Shown: positions 47,282-57,741, numbered from the stretch's first letter. The stretch: DNA of 64,000 bases from Dehalococcoidia bacterium (GCA_965197585.1 OZ240215.1:1504001-1568000); one strand, 5' to 3'. The notes: generated by a model not told the origin, from the letters alone. Numbers and translations: made by a program.

Positions 47282-48529
47282 CTACTTCCCCCGGTTACCG
47301 CCCGACAGACCACCCCCCGCGCGGGGCGAAATCATCAGCCCCGCTAAAGAAACCGCTATTGGACATAGCGCTGAGATTATCATGGCCAGATGCAGGCTTC
47401 CCGTTGCTGTCTGCACCGCCCCCACCATCACCGGCCCGATGAAGCTCCCGACCCACAACATCGTGAACATCACGCCTTGGATTACCGCTGCCTCCCGGGG
47501 CGTGATACCCGGAAGCTCGAACGGAAGCGACGTAAACGGTATCCAGAACGCCCCTCTAGCCAAGCCGTTGATTATGAAGGTCACAACCAGGATGGGCAGA
47601 GACCCGGTGAACAGTACGGCCAGCGATGTGACGGTTACCAAGACTCCTATCCCGATAAGCGGGATCCGGTAACCCCCGAATCGGCTGATCACCGGCAACA
47701 TCACGAATCCCCCCACTGCCACCACCACCCCTACCACTCCAATTATTAGCCCGGCCTGTACAAGAGACATGTCATATGTCTCTTGCATGAACTTAGGCCA
47801 GAAGGTGAATTGGGACATCTGGGCTATCGCATATCCCAGTATTCCAACACCTAGCAGCCAGGGCTCTTTGTACTTGAACAGACTCCTAATCGGCGAGCCT
47901 TCTTGCGACTGTTCTACCTCTCGGTAATCCGCGGTGCGGTTTTCACGGCCGAGTAGCAACCATGCTACCGCCATACCAATGCTGAAGAAGCCCCAGGCAT
48001 ACAGGGTCTTTCGCCAATCGTTGTCAAACGCCTCCAGCAGCATTGGCGCTACTACGAAACTCACCGTAAGGCTCACCCCGAACACGGCGTTCAGTATTCC
48101 GCTCGAAAGCTGGATCTCTTTCCGTGGCAGCCATTGCCGCACCAGAAGCACCCGAGACGCCTCCCGGGCCACCGGAGTAATCCCGAACAGTACACGCCCG
48201 AGCAGCAGGACCACAAAGTTTGCGGCCTCTGCTTGCATGAACACGAACCCAGCACCGAGAAACAGCGTGATAGCCGTCAACAGCATCGGCCTGAATCGAG
48301 ACATCCACAGCCCAAAGGGTATCGAGAAGATAAGGCTGCCAATAATTGCCGAGGATCCGAGCCACCCCTGCTCCAGGGGCGATAGCCCCAGGTCCTCCGC
48401 CATTGCGGGAAGGAGCACGCCCAGCACCAGCGCCCCAACCATCGCCGAGGCGTGCGCGATGTTAAACGTCATCATCACCACCCAGCGGTAGGATGATGGC
48501 TTGTTTGATTCTACGGCGGCACTAGTCAA
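47282..48529 (-). CDS. MFS transporter
   Basis: About 12 hydrophobic segments; YRW near the N-terminus, LP.MAEDLGLS. Confidence 0.88.
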   Translation of the reverse strand: MTSAAVESNKPSSYRWVVMMTFNIAHASAMVGALVLGVLLPAMAEDLGLSPLEQGWLGSSAIIGSLIFSIPFGLWMSRFRPMLLTAITLFLGAGFVFMQAEAANFVVLLLGRVLFGITPVAREASRVLLVRQWLPRKEIQLSSGILNAVFGVSLTVSFVVAPMLLEAFDNDWRKTLYAWGFFSIGMAVAWLLLGRENRTADYREVEQSQEGSPIRSLFKYKEPWLLGVGILGYAIAQMSQFTFWPKFMQETYDMSLVQAGLIIGVVGVVVAVGGFVMLPVISRFGGYRIPLIGIGVLVTVTSLAVLFTGSLPILVVTFIINGLARGAFWIPFTSLPFELPGITPREAAVIQGVMFTMLWVGSFIGPVMVGAVQTATGSLHLAMIISALCPIAVSLAGLMISPRAGGGLSGGNRGK

Positions 48530-48573
48530 GCAGTTTGTGGCCCGCCAACTTAGGCATTGTCCGGCTCATTCGT

Positions 48574-49893
48574 TTATGCAAGGCCTTTCAAATTTTGTTT
48601 CTTGTCCGGCGGGACCCTGTCTCGGAACAGCATGAGCCCCGCGGCGGCCATTGTAAGCCCAAAGAAAGAGCTTATCACCATCGGCCACACCCGGTCTCCC
48701 GTCGCGTCCCACGCTATCCCGACAAACGCTGGGCCCATTACGCCCCCCAGCCGCCCCACTCCTTCGATAAACCCGGATGCCACCGCTATCTGCCTGTGCG
48801 TAACCCCAGGTATCTCAAACGGCACTGTCCAAATCAGCGACACGAAGGAAAACCCAACTCCGTGAAGCGCCGCAAACGTCCACAGGAGCGGCACGGTTGT
48901 ACTTGCATTCATCCCTATCGCTGTGCCGACGAGCAGCAATGCCAGTATCGTCACTATTGGACGCCGCATCCCCCTAGATATCCGTCCCATCAACATCGCC
49001 GACAAAGCCACGCTGCCTATACCCTCACAAATCGCCCCCGTCAACAGCATCGCACCTGATATGGTCTCCTCTATGCCTCGCTCTCGCAGCATCAACGTCG
49101 GCCAGAGGGTAAGTATGGAGAATTCCATTACCAGCATCCCTGCCATTCCTACCCCCACCACCCAAATGTCCTTCTCTTTGAGCACCGACCAGAGGGATGT
49201 GTCACCCGAGCTCCCGCGCTCCTGCAGAGCGGGTACGGCTATCGGTTCCTCCGTTCTGCGTTCCTTGCCGATGACGGCCCAAATAAGCGTGACTACTACG
49301 AATATTGCCCCGTATATAGTGAGTGTCCACCGCCAGCTTTCGTCCAGCCATATTTGCAAGTATGGCGTCAGTAGAAGGGCAATCACCGCCGAGGCGCCAT
49401 AGGTGGTGTTGACCAGACCGTTCACTAGCACAATCTCCCGTCTCGGGAACCACTGTGCGGTCAGCATCGCGCGCGCCGGCTGCCGAGCCACGATTGCAAT
49501 GCCGAATGCCAGGCGCGCCAGAAGCAGCACCGTATAGGTCGGGGCCCAGGCCTGGACTATCACGAACGTCGTCCCGAAGGCCAGGGACCCTAATAAGACT
49601 TTGCTCGCATCCGGCCGGGACAGCCACAGTCCTGCTGGCAGGGACATAATCATTGTCCCTATGAACATGGATGAACCCAGGAACCCCTGTTGTGCAGAGG
49701 AAAGCTCCAGGTCCTCGGATATGTTGGGCAGCAGGATGCCCAGTGAGAGCATGATGAGGGAGTTGAGAATGTTGGACAGGCCCAGGAACGCCAACACCAC
49801 AAACCTGAACCTTGATGGCGGCCTGTTACCGGGGTCTATGACGAACCCCTCCCCCGAGCATGCGATGCGGACAACATTCTCACGTCGCCGCAC
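48574..49893 (-). CDS. MFS transporter, paralog of the adjacent gene (start uncertain)
   Basis: About 12 TM segments; LLPNISEDLELS, QWFPRRE, PFEIPG shared with the neighbour. Confidence 0.85.
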   Translation of the reverse strand: MRRRENVVRIACSGEGFVIDPGNRPPSRFRFVVLAFLGLSNILNSLIMLSLGILLPNISEDLELSSAQQGFLGSSMFIGTMIMSLPAGLWLSRPDASKVLLGSLAFGTTFVIVQAWAPTYTVLLLARLAFGIAIVARQPARAMLTAQWFPRREIVLVNGLVNTTYGASAVIALLLTPYLQIWLDESWRWTLTIYGAIFVVVTLIWAVIGKERRTEEPIAVPALQERGSSGDTSLWSVLKEKDIWVVGVGMAGMLVMEFSILTLWPTLMLRERGIEETISGAMLLTGAICEGIGSVALSAMLMGRISRGMRRPIVTILALLLVGTAIGMNASTTVPLLWTFAALHGVGFSFVSLIWTVPFEIPGVTHRQIAVASGFIEGVGRLGGVMGPAFVGIAWDATGDRVWPMVISSFFGLTMAAAGLMLFRDRVPPDKKQNLKGLA

Positions 49894-50031
49894 ATTCTAA
49901 AGTATTCTTTGACTACGGCGGGGGTCTTCTGCCGCTCTATTGTTGGCCGCAAGCCCTTTTCGTATACTTTCGACGTATCCCCTCTTCTCACTCATCTTCC
50001 ACGGCCTGGATTCAGAAATCCCAACTCTCAC

Positions 50032-50700
50032 GTGAACGACCTTACTGAGCCACAGGGCCTAGAGGCCCAAGAATCCCCTGCGCCTCCACAGCGTCACAAC
50101 ATGTTCTCGGGGGTTCAGCTCCTCCTGGAAAAGGCCGGCATCAAACGCCAACACCTGATTGCTGGTGCAGCCGTCGCCGCCGCGGCCGCCAGTGTCGGGG
50201 CCTTCTTCCTCCACGATTTCCTCTTCGACCAGCAAAACCTGATCTCCTTGGGCTACGCCGGCGTATTCATCTTCACGTTTCTGGGTGCGGCTACCATTTT
50301 TCTGCCCAGCGCCAGCAGTCTGGTGGTCATTGGGGCCGGGGCATGGCTCAATCCCTTCCTTGTGGGACTCGTAGCTGGCACCGCCGCAAGCCTGGGAGAG
50401 TTTACCGGATATGCCATTGGATACGAGGGCGGTGAGCTTCTCGAAAGGCGCAGCAGGGTTTTCCAACGGGCCAAAGGCTGGATGGAGAAACGCGGCAGCA
50501 TCACCCTATTTCTCCTATCGATCATACCCAATCCTTTCTTTGACGCCGCGGGTTTGGCCGCGGGCGCCAGCAAGTTCCCCATCAAGAGATTCTTCGCCAT
50601 CGTATGGGTTGGCAAGACCATCCAGGCAATCGTCGGTGCATATCTGGGGGAACGTACGTGGGACTGGCTTTCCGAGATAATCGACCGGGTACTCTCCTGA
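50032..50700 (+). CDS. DedA/VTT (SNARE-associated) membrane protein
   Basis: LGE.TGY.IG, PNPFFDAAG.AAG, GK; start uncertain. Confidence 0.85.
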   Translation: MNDLTEPQGLEAQESPAPPQRHNMFSGVQLLLEKAGIKRQHLIAGAAVAAAAASVGAFFLHDFLFDQQNLISLGYAGVFIFTFLGAATIFLPSASSLVVIGAGAWLNPFLVGLVAGTAASLGEFTGYAIGYEGGELLERRSRVFQRAKGWMEKRGSITLFLLSIIPNPFFDAAGLAAGASKFPIKRFFAIVWVGKTIQAIVGAYLGERTWDWLSEIIDRVLS

Positions 50701-50811
50701 CCCGTGCCGACTCCCTCAGTTACCCAGATACAATCTCCCCGGCATTCAGTGTAAAATTAACGCTTGGGTGCTCCCTTTTAGTCAATAGAAACAGGTCTTT
50801 TAGATAGCCTT

Positions 50812-51456
50812 ATGCCAGTTTACTATCCCGCATTTCTCAGTATTGAGGGCCGACCCTGCCTCGTCGTCGGCGGTGGCCAGATCGCCGAGCGAAAGGTCAA
50901 GGGCCTCTTGGAGGCTGGGGGCAAGGTTACCCTGGTAAGCCCCACCGTCACCCCGAGACTCCTCCGCCGCATAGACAAGGGCCAGGTCGAGTATTTCAAC
51001 CGTGAGTTCCAGTCCTCGGACATGGACGGCATATACCTCCTAATCACCGCCACCGACGACATGCCCCTCAATCGAGAGATCGGCATCGAAGGCCGCAACC
51101 TCGGCCTCGTCGTCAACGTCGTCGACGATCCCGACTATTGCGACTTCATCGCCCCCTCAATCGTCCGCCGCGGCGAGATCACCTTCGCTATCTCTACAGC
51201 CGGGGCCAGTCCCGCATTGGCCCGTTGGCTCCGACGCCAAATCGAGCAACAGTTCCCACCCTCATACGCCGGTCTTGCCAAGGTCATGGCCAAGGTCCGT
51301 CTCCAGGTTAGAGGCGGAGGCCACGTCGTCAGTGCAACTAAGTGGCAAAAGTCTATAGATGAGAGCTTCTTGACCCTGGTCAAGCAACGCAGGCTCGCCG
51401 AAGCCAGGCGTCACCTTTTCGCTGCTCTGACCAGCAGCCGGTCCACGGCCAGATGA
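50812..51456 (+). CDS. Precorrin-2 dehydrogenase/sirohydrochlorin ferrochelatase (CysG N-terminal/SirC-Met8-like)
   Basis: YYP.FL, VGGG.IA.RK, ATDD, VNVVDDP..CDF..P, AISTAGASP. Confidence 0.92.
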   Translation: MPVYYPAFLSIEGRPCLVVGGGQIAERKVKGLLEAGGKVTLVSPTVTPRLLRRIDKGQVEYFNREFQSSDMDGIYLLITATDDMPLNREIGIEGRNLGLVVNVVDDPDYCDFIAPSIVRRGEITFAISTAGASPALARWLRRQIEQQFPPSYAGLAKVMAKVRLQVRGGGHVVSATKWQKSIDESFLTLVKQRRLAEARRHLFAALTSSRSTAR

Positions 51457-51472
51457 ACGAGCCGCGACGGTG

Positions 51473-52393
51473 ATGAACACCATAAAACTGGGTACGCGGG
51501 CCAGTGATCTCGCTATGGAGCAAACCCGAGAAGCGTCCCGGGCCCTCACCCGAGCCTACCCGGACCTTAACGTCGAAATCGTACCCGTACATGCCCTCGG
51601 AGACCACGATAAGGTGTCCCCCATCGCCAAGCTGGGCGCTCGGGGCGTCTTCGTATCTACATTGGAAGACCGGCTCCGCTCCTGCGAGATCGACGCCGCA
51701 GTCCACAGCCTTAAGGACATGCCCACTGATACCGCCGAGGGATTCGTACTCGCCGCAGTACTGGAACGCCTCGATCCCCGGGACGTCCTGCTCACCTCCA
51801 ACGGCTGCGGACTGAAAGACCTGGCCCCAAATGCCCGCGTCGGCACCGGAAGCCCCCGACGCGCAGTTCAGATCAAGTCTGCTCGCCCAGATATTGAAAT
51901 CACCGGCATACGCGGCAACATCGACACACGTATCCGCAAGCTCAACAACGGTGACTACGATGCCATTGTCCTCGCCGCCGCGGGTCTCATCCGCATGGGT
52001 TGGCAGGACCGCATAGCAGAGTACCTCCCTGTTGAGACCTGCCTTCCTTCCATGGGCCAGGGCGCACTCGCCATCGAGACCCTCGCCACCAACACGGAGG
52101 TCACCCAACTCTTCGCCGAAATCGAGCACACCCCGACCCGCCGGGCGGTCGACGCCGAGCGGTCCTTCCTAAGGCAACTTGGCAGCGGTTGTCTCGCTCC
52201 GGTCACCGCTCACGCAACATTGAACGGCGATACCTTGGCCTTGACCGGTCTAGTCGGCCACCCCGAAACTTATCAAATTATGACTGATTCCATAGAAGGA
52301 AGCCCTGAAGACCCCGAAGGTCTGGGAATACGCCTCGCTGAAAGGTTCATGGCCCAGGGCGCAGAATCCTTGCTCGCAGGAGTTGTATCGTGA
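51473..52393 (+). CDS. hemC: Hydroxymethylbilane synthase
   Basis: GTR.S.LA..Q, AVHSLKDMP, GT.S.RR, RGNIDTR, GQGALA, AER. Confidence 0.96.
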   Translation: MNTIKLGTRASDLAMEQTREASRALTRAYPDLNVEIVPVHALGDHDKVSPIAKLGARGVFVSTLEDRLRSCEIDAAVHSLKDMPTDTAEGFVLAAVLERLDPRDVLLTSNGCGLKDLAPNARVGTGSPRRAVQIKSARPDIEITGIRGNIDTRIRKLNNGDYDAIVLAAAGLIRMGWQDRIAEYLPVETCLPSMGQGALAIETLATNTEVTQLFAEIEHTPTRRAVDAERSFLRQLGSGCLAPVTAHATLNGDTLALTGLVGHPETYQIMTDSIEGSPEDPEGLGIRLAERFMAQGAESLLAGVVS

Positions 52394-53916
52394 GCCGAGT
52401 CGGCTTGGTAGCCCTTGTCGGCGCGGGTCCCGGAGACCCGGGCCTCATCACCGTCAAGGCCTTGGAATACATCAAACACGCCGACGTTATCGTATACGAC
52501 AGGCTGGTAAACCCTGTCCTCCTGGACCATGCCCTCGAGACCTGTGAACTGGTCTACGTGGGCAAAACTCCAAAACATCACACCAAGACGCAGGACGAGA
52601 TCAACAACATCCTGGTCGCCCAGGCCAAACAGGGCAAGCTCGTCGTCAGGCTCAAGGGCGGCGACCCCTTCCTATTCGGCAGGGGAGGGGAGGAAGCCGA
52701 GGTCCTTGCCGCCGAAGACCTGCCTTTTGAGGTCATACCCGGCGTCTCCTCCGCAATCGCTGCTCCCGCTTACGCCGGCATCCCGGTCACCCACCGCGAC
52801 CTATCCTCCTCGGTTGCCGTGGTCACCGGCCACGAGGACCCTGAAAAGTCCCGGGTCTCCGTTGACTGGGCCGCCCTCGCCCACGGCCCCGATACCCTTG
52901 TCATCCTTATGGGCCTCGGCAATCTTCAGTCGATTACTGACCGGCTTATTGAGGCCGGTAAGTCCCCCGATACTCCCGTCGCGCTCATACAGGACGCCAC
53001 CACCCCCGACCAGAAAACTGTCATCGGCACACTTGCCGATATCGCCCAGAAAGCCAGTGAAGCAGGCCTAAAGCCCCCTGCCGTCGCCGTAATAGGAGAC
53101 GTGGTGCGCCTCCGAGAACAGATCTCGTGGCACGAGACCCGGCCCCTTTCCAACCGCCGCATCCTCGTAACCCGTGCCCGTAAGCAGGCCAGCGCCCTAT
53201 CTTTCAGGCTCGCCGCTCTGGGTGCGGAAGTAATCGAGCTTCCCGCTATTGAAATTACCCAGTCGCCCGATCACCGGAAAGCCCTTGGAGAGGCGGTCGG
53301 CAGTGTGCACGAATACGACTGGGCTATCTTCACCAGCGTGAACGGTGTCTCCCTATTTTTTGACCGATGGCGCACCCTTGGGGCCCTACCCGACTCCCTG
53401 AACGGCTTGAAACTTGCCGCCATCGGCCCCGAGACCGCCAAGGCCATCGGGAGCTACGGTTTCCCCGTATCCGTCACCGCCTCTACCTATACCGCTGAAG
53501 GACTCCTGGATTCCCTAGCCACCCTGGACATGCAAGGGACCAGAGTCATGCTCCCAAGAGCCGAGGGTTCCAGGCCCGTGCTTCCCGCAGGGCTGACAAA
53601 AATGGGCGCAACTGTGGACGAGTTCCTTACCTACGGCGCCTCGGGCCCACAAAGAAAGCCCGAGCAGGCTATTAAACGGCTCCGGGCCGGAGAGGTGGAT
53701 ATCGCCACCTTCGCCAGCTCGTCCACGGTTAAGAACCTTGTTCGCATGCTGGAAGGCGACGTCTCCCCCCTGAAAGACACTTGCGTGGCCTGCATAGGCC
53801 CCGTGACGGCTGCAACTGCCGAGGAACTTGGCCTGGATGTCACCATTGTGGCCCGTGAACACACCATACCCGGGCTCGTAGACGCTATACTTGAAGGCAA
53901 AGGAGGTCTGACATGA
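52390..53916 (+). CDS. cobA: Fused uroporphyrinogen-III C-methyltransferase/uroporphyrinogen-III synthase (CobA-HemD)
   Basis: GAGPGDPGLIT, RLKGGDP..FGRGGEE, then ILVTRA, FTSVNGV, FASSSTV, CIGPVTA. Confidence 0.95.
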   Translation: MSRVGLVALVGAGPGDPGLITVKALEYIKHADVIVYDRLVNPVLLDHALETCELVYVGKTPKHHTKTQDEINNILVAQAKQGKLVVRLKGGDPFLFGRGGEEAEVLAAEDLPFEVIPGVSSAIAAPAYAGIPVTHRDLSSSVAVVTGHEDPEKSRVSVDWAALAHGPDTLVILMGLGNLQSITDRLIEAGKSPDTPVALIQDATTPDQKTVIGTLADIAQKASEAGLKPPAVAVIGDVVRLREQISWHETRPLSNRRILVTRARKQASALSFRLAALGAEVIELPAIEITQSPDHRKALGEAVGSVHEYDWAIFTSVNGVSLFFDRWRTLGALPDSLNGLKLAAIGPETAKAIGSYGFPVSVTASTYTAEGLLDSLATLDMQGTRVMLPRAEGSRPVLPAGLTKMGATVDEFLTYGASGPQRKPEQAIKRLRAGEVDIATFASSSTVKNLVRMLEGDVSPLKDTCVACIGPVTAATAEELGLDVTIVAREHTIPGLVDAILEGKGGLT

Positions 53917-54932
53917 CCAGTTTGCTTGAGCAGATGGTACCAACTCAGGGTTCTGGATTCCCCATTCAGAGGCTCCGACGTTTACGCCGAACCCAGGCTA
54001 TGCGGGACCTGACCAAGGAAACTACCTTGAGCCCCAGCGACTTCATTTACCCGATGTTCGTCACGCAGGACTCGGGCCAAAAGCGTGAAGTCTCTTCTAT
54101 GCCGGGGGTCTACCAGATGTCCCCGGACATCGCCGCCAAGGAAACGGAGGAAGTCGCTGCGCTCGGTATTAAGGCGGTGCTTCTCTTCGGCCTGCCCAAA
54201 GAAAAAGACTCCGTCGGCACAGGGGCCTACGACCCCAACGGAGTTATTCAAGAAGCGGTCGCCAGCATAAAAAACGCCTCCCCCGACACCCTCGTCATCA
54301 CTGACGTCTGCCTCTGCGAATACACCGACCACGGCCACTGCGGCGTCATCGTCGACGAATATGTCGACAATGACCAGACCCTGGAACTCCTGAGCAGGAC
54401 AGCCCTCTCCCACGCCGAGGCTGGCGCCGACATCGTTGCTCCTTCCAACATGATGGACGGCGCCGTCGCCTCCATCCGGGATATCCTCAACCGAAACGAC
54501 CTCGACCTCACTCCCATCATGGCCTACTCGGCCAAGTACGCCTCCTCCTTCTACGGGCCCTTCAGGGACGCCGCGAACTCCACTCCCTCCTTCGGAGACC
54601 GTAAGTCCTACCAAATGGACCCCCGAAACTCTCGAGAGGCCCTTCTGGAGATAGATTTGGACATCCAGGAAGGCGCCGATATAATCATGGTCAAGCCCGC
54701 GCTGGCGTTTCTGGACGTAATATCCAAGGCCCGAGAAGCCTTCCGCCAACCCCTCGGGGCCTACAACGTCAGCGGCGAATACGCTATGGTCAAGGCCGCG
54801 GGCCGTAACGGCTGGCTCGACGAAAAGAAAGTCACCATGGAAATCCTGACCGGCATCAAACGTGCGGGCGCCGACCTCATCCTTAGCTACCACGCCAAAG
54901 AGGTCTCTCGCTGGCTAAGGGAACAGGAGTAG
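53913..54932 (+). CDS. hemB: Porphobilinogen synthase
   Basis: DVCLCEYTDHGHCG, YSAKYASSFYGPFRDAA, MVKPA, YNVSGEY. Confidence 0.97.
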   Translation: MTSLLEQMVPTQGSGFPIQRLRRLRRTQAMRDLTKETTLSPSDFIYPMFVTQDSGQKREVSSMPGVYQMSPDIAAKETEEVAALGIKAVLLFGLPKEKDSVGTGAYDPNGVIQEAVASIKNASPDTLVITDVCLCEYTDHGHCGVIVDEYVDNDQTLELLSRTALSHAEAGADIVAPSNMMDGAVASIRDILNRNDLDLTPIMAYSAKYASSFYGPFRDAANSTPSFGDRKSYQMDPRNSREALLEIDLDIQEGADIIMVKPALAFLDVISKAREAFRQPLGAYNVSGEYAMVKAAGRNGWLDEKKVTMEILTGIKRAGADLILSYHAKEVSRWLREQE

Positions 54933-54941
54933 TTACACCCA

Positions 54942-55523
54942 ATGAGTTTCGTATCCCTGGCCCTGAAGGAATGGGCAGTAATCACCCGGGCACTGGCCCG
55001 CGGCGAACAATTCCTCGTCCTCCGCAAGGGCGGCATCCGTGAACAGCAAAAGCGCTTCGTCCTGGAGGGCAACCGATTCCTCCTATATCCCACCTACGAG
55101 CACCAGAGTGTAGATCTCCTCAAGCCCCAGTGGCACGACTCCCTCGCCCAGACTCTGACCCAAGCCCCGTCACCCGACACCGTTATCATCGATACCCTCG
55201 CCGAGGTCGTTGAAATCCTCGAAATCACCGAGCCTGAACGCGTAACCGCACTCACCGACTTCTACATCTGCACTGACGACTACGCCCAGTATCGGCTCAA
55301 GTGGCGGCCCAAGCACGCCCTGTCGATCATCCTTCTCCGGGCAATGAAGCTGAAGCGCCCTCAAGCCATCCCGGTCCTGCCTCGATATGGCGGTTGCATC
55401 TCCTGGGTGGAGCTTGAAGAGCCCATCAACGTTACCGGAGCCACCGCCGTAGTGCCCGACGAAACCCTCCGCTCCGAAATCATCCGCATTAAGGAGGCCG
55501 TGGGCACGGTAGTCCCAGTATGA
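54942..55523 (+). CDS. DUF1802-family protein
   Basis: ALKEWA....L..GEQ...LRKGGI.E, FLLYPTYEHQ, YGGC.SW. Confidence 0.88.
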   Translation: MSFVSLALKEWAVITRALARGEQFLVLRKGGIREQQKRFVLEGNRFLLYPTYEHQSVDLLKPQWHDSLAQTLTQAPSPDTVIIDTLAEVVEILEITEPERVTALTDFYICTDDYAQYRLKWRPKHALSIILLRAMKLKRPQAIPVLPRYGGCISWVELEEPINVTGATAVVPDETLRSEIIRIKEAVGTVVPV

Positions 55524-56515
55524 AATACCGTACGATACCCAACACCGACCTATCTGTATCCGAGACCGGTTTCGGCACCTGGACACTGGTCAGTAACTGG
55601 TGGGGTAATGTCAGCGAAGAGGATTCCGTCAAGCTCATCCACAAAGCCCTCGATCTTGGCATAAACCTCTTCGATACCGCCGACCAGTACAGCTCCGGCG
55701 CCAACGAGGAAGTCGTCGCCAAGGCTCTCAAGGGTCAGCGCAACGACGTCGTTCTCTGCACCAAGGTCGGCTACGACTTCTATACCTTCACCGCCCGCAT
55801 CCGGCACAAGGAAAAACCACAGAACTTCGAACCCCATTTCATCAGAGAGGCCTGCGAAAAGAGCCTTCAACGCCTCCAGACCGACTGGATAGACGTCTAC
55901 CAGCTCCACAACCCCCGTATAAATGTCATTGAGCGGGACGACGTTTTCGAAACCCTGGAAGACTTGAAGAAAGAAGGCAAGATTCGCCACTATGGCGTGG
56001 GCCTCGGCCCCGACATAGGCTGGTTCGAAGAGGGCCAGGCCTCCATGCAGGAGCGATCGGTCTCCACCCTCCAAATCATCTACAGCATCCTGGAGCAGGA
56101 CCCGGCCCAGGACTTCTTCCCTATCGCCAAGGATTGCGGCACGGGCCTTTTCGTGCGCGTGCCCCACGCCAGCGGTTTGCTCGATGGTACCGTCAACCGG
56201 GACACCGTATTCCCGGAGACCGACCACCGCAGTTACCGCAAGCAGGAGTGGCTCGACGAAAGCATGATCAAGGTCGATCAGATCGGCTTCCTCACCGAGG
56301 ACACTGGCCTGACCATAGGCCAGGCCGCCATAAAATTCTCTCTCGGTCAAGATACCGTCTCTTCCGTCCTGATCACTGTAACCGACCCCGTACAGCTCGA
56401 AGAGTTCGCCAAAGCCCCGGACCTTCCCGACCTTCCCCAGGAATACCTTGACCGAGTGTACGAGCTTTATCGAAATAACTTTGGCATAACCCCGGCGCCC
56501 ACCGCCGCAAGTTAA
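55520..56515 (+). CDS. Aldo/keto reductase
   Basis: GFGTW, FDTAD.Y, TK, SL.RLQTD.ID.YQLH, GKIR..GV. Confidence 0.93.
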   Translation: MKYRTIPNTDLSVSETGFGTWTLVSNWWGNVSEEDSVKLIHKALDLGINLFDTADQYSSGANEEVVAKALKGQRNDVVLCTKVGYDFYTFTARIRHKEKPQNFEPHFIREACEKSLQRLQTDWIDVYQLHNPRINVIERDDVFETLEDLKKEGKIRHYGVGLGPDIGWFEEGQASMQERSVSTLQIIYSILEQDPAQDFFPIAKDCGTGLFVRVPHASGLLDGTVNRDTVFPETDHRSYRKQEWLDESMIKVDQIGFLTEDTGLTIGQAAIKFSLGQDTVSSVLITVTDPVQLEEFAKAPDLPDLPQEYLDRVYELYRNNFGITPAPTAAS

Positions 56516-56552
56516 ACCAGACCCGACCCAAATCGACTTACCAGGAGCAAGA

Positions 56553-57554
56553 ATGGTCGCCAAGACTGCCACGGAACTCACCACAACCCAGAAGGAGCTT
56601 CTAAACACACTGCAGTGGGACTTTCCTTTGGTAGAAGAGCCCTTCTCCGAGATTGGCGCAAGGCTTGGCTTGACTGAGGGAGAGGTAATCGGTCAAATAG
56701 CCACGCTCAAGGACGAGGCCATAATCAGGGAGCTAAACGCCATATTCGACACCCGGAGGCTCGGTTACAAGAGCTCCCTTGTAGCCGTCCGTGCCCCCGA
56801 GGACCGCGTCGACGACGTAGCGGCCGTAATCAGCGAACACCCCGGAGTCAGCCACAACTACAAGCGCGACCACTATTTCAACATCTGGTTCACCCTCGCC
56901 GTACCGCCGGAAAGCGACCTGGAATCGGAGCTCGACTCCCTTGCCGCACGCGCCGGTGCCGAGAAGTACCGCCTGCTGCCCACCAAGCACCTGTTCAAGA
57001 TCGGCGTGAAACTGGACATGACCAAGGATGAGGTAAAGCTGGAACCCGAGAAGCGCGTAGCCAAAAAGTCCAGGCCGACCGCTGGGCCCTTAACCGACGA
57101 AGACCGGGCCTTCGTTCGGGAACTTCAGGAAGACGTCCCCTTGGTCCCGCGCCCCTTTGACGGCATGGCCAAAAGGCTGGGTATGACGGTTCCCGGGCTG
57201 TTGGAGAAAATCCAGTGGTTTCAGGATGTGGGGTTTATGCGCCGGTTCGCCGCAGTGCTTAGGCACCAGAACGCGGGCTTCACTTCCAACGGTATGGTCT
57301 GCTGGAAAGTGCCGGAGGAGCAGATCAGGAGCGTGGGAGAGATTGCAGCTTCATTCCCTCAAGTGAGCCACTGCTACCAGAGGCCCACTTACCCCGACTG
57401 GCCCTACAGCCTCTTCAGCATGGTTCACTCGCGGTCCGATGATAAATGCCGCAAGATTGCTGAGCAGATCTCTGAAAAGACCGGAATCACCGAGTACGAG
57501 ATCCTTTTCAGCACGAAGGAATACAAGAAGGAGCGGGTCAGGTATTTCGTTTAA
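56553..57554 (+). CDS. Fused siroheme decarboxylase AhbA-AhbB (NirDL/NirGH-like)
   Basis: Two Lrp/AsnC-like halves: FPL..EPF...VSHNYKR...NIWFTL and PLVPRPF...VSHCYQRPTYPDWPY. Confidence 0.9.
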   Translation: MVAKTATELTTTQKELLNTLQWDFPLVEEPFSEIGARLGLTEGEVIGQIATLKDEAIIRELNAIFDTRRLGYKSSLVAVRAPEDRVDDVAAVISEHPGVSHNYKRDHYFNIWFTLAVPPESDLESELDSLAARAGAEKYRLLPTKHLFKIGVKLDMTKDEVKLEPEKRVAKKSRPTAGPLTDEDRAFVRELQEDVPLVPRPFDGMAKRLGMTVPGLLEKIQWFQDVGFMRRFAAVLRHQNAGFTSNGMVCWKVPEEQIRSVGEIAASFPQVSHCYQRPTYPDWPYSLFSMVHSRSDDKCRKIAEQISEKTGITEYEILFSTKEYKKERVRYFV

Positions 57555-57586
57555 CCCGTACCCACGCCTGACTGAATCAAAGGGTC

Positions 57587-57614
57587 GTCCCAAGGCGGCT
57601 AGCCGCCTTGGGAC
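57587..57614. terminator. Perfect 28-bp palindrome between convergent genes (possible bidirectional terminator)
   Basis: gtcccaaggcggctagccgccttgggac. Confidence 0.55.
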
Positions 57615-57636
57615 CGTGCTTAAAGGGACGGTGCCG

Positions 57637-57741
57637 CTACTCTGCCTCCGCGTCCTTGTTGCCCATCCGGCCCTTTAGTAACTTGGCTGCAGCGCCTATC
57701 ACTGCGGCAACCAGTGCAACCAATATAAACTTTTTCTTCAT
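57637..57741 (-). CDS. 34-aa small membrane peptide (below the ORF-track cutoff)
   Basis: MKKKFILVALVAAVIGAAAKLLKGRMGNKDAEAE*; GAGGTG RBS upstream, palindrome downstream. Confidence 0.6.
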   Translation of the reverse strand: MKKKFILVALVAAVIGAAAKLLKGRMGNKDAEAE

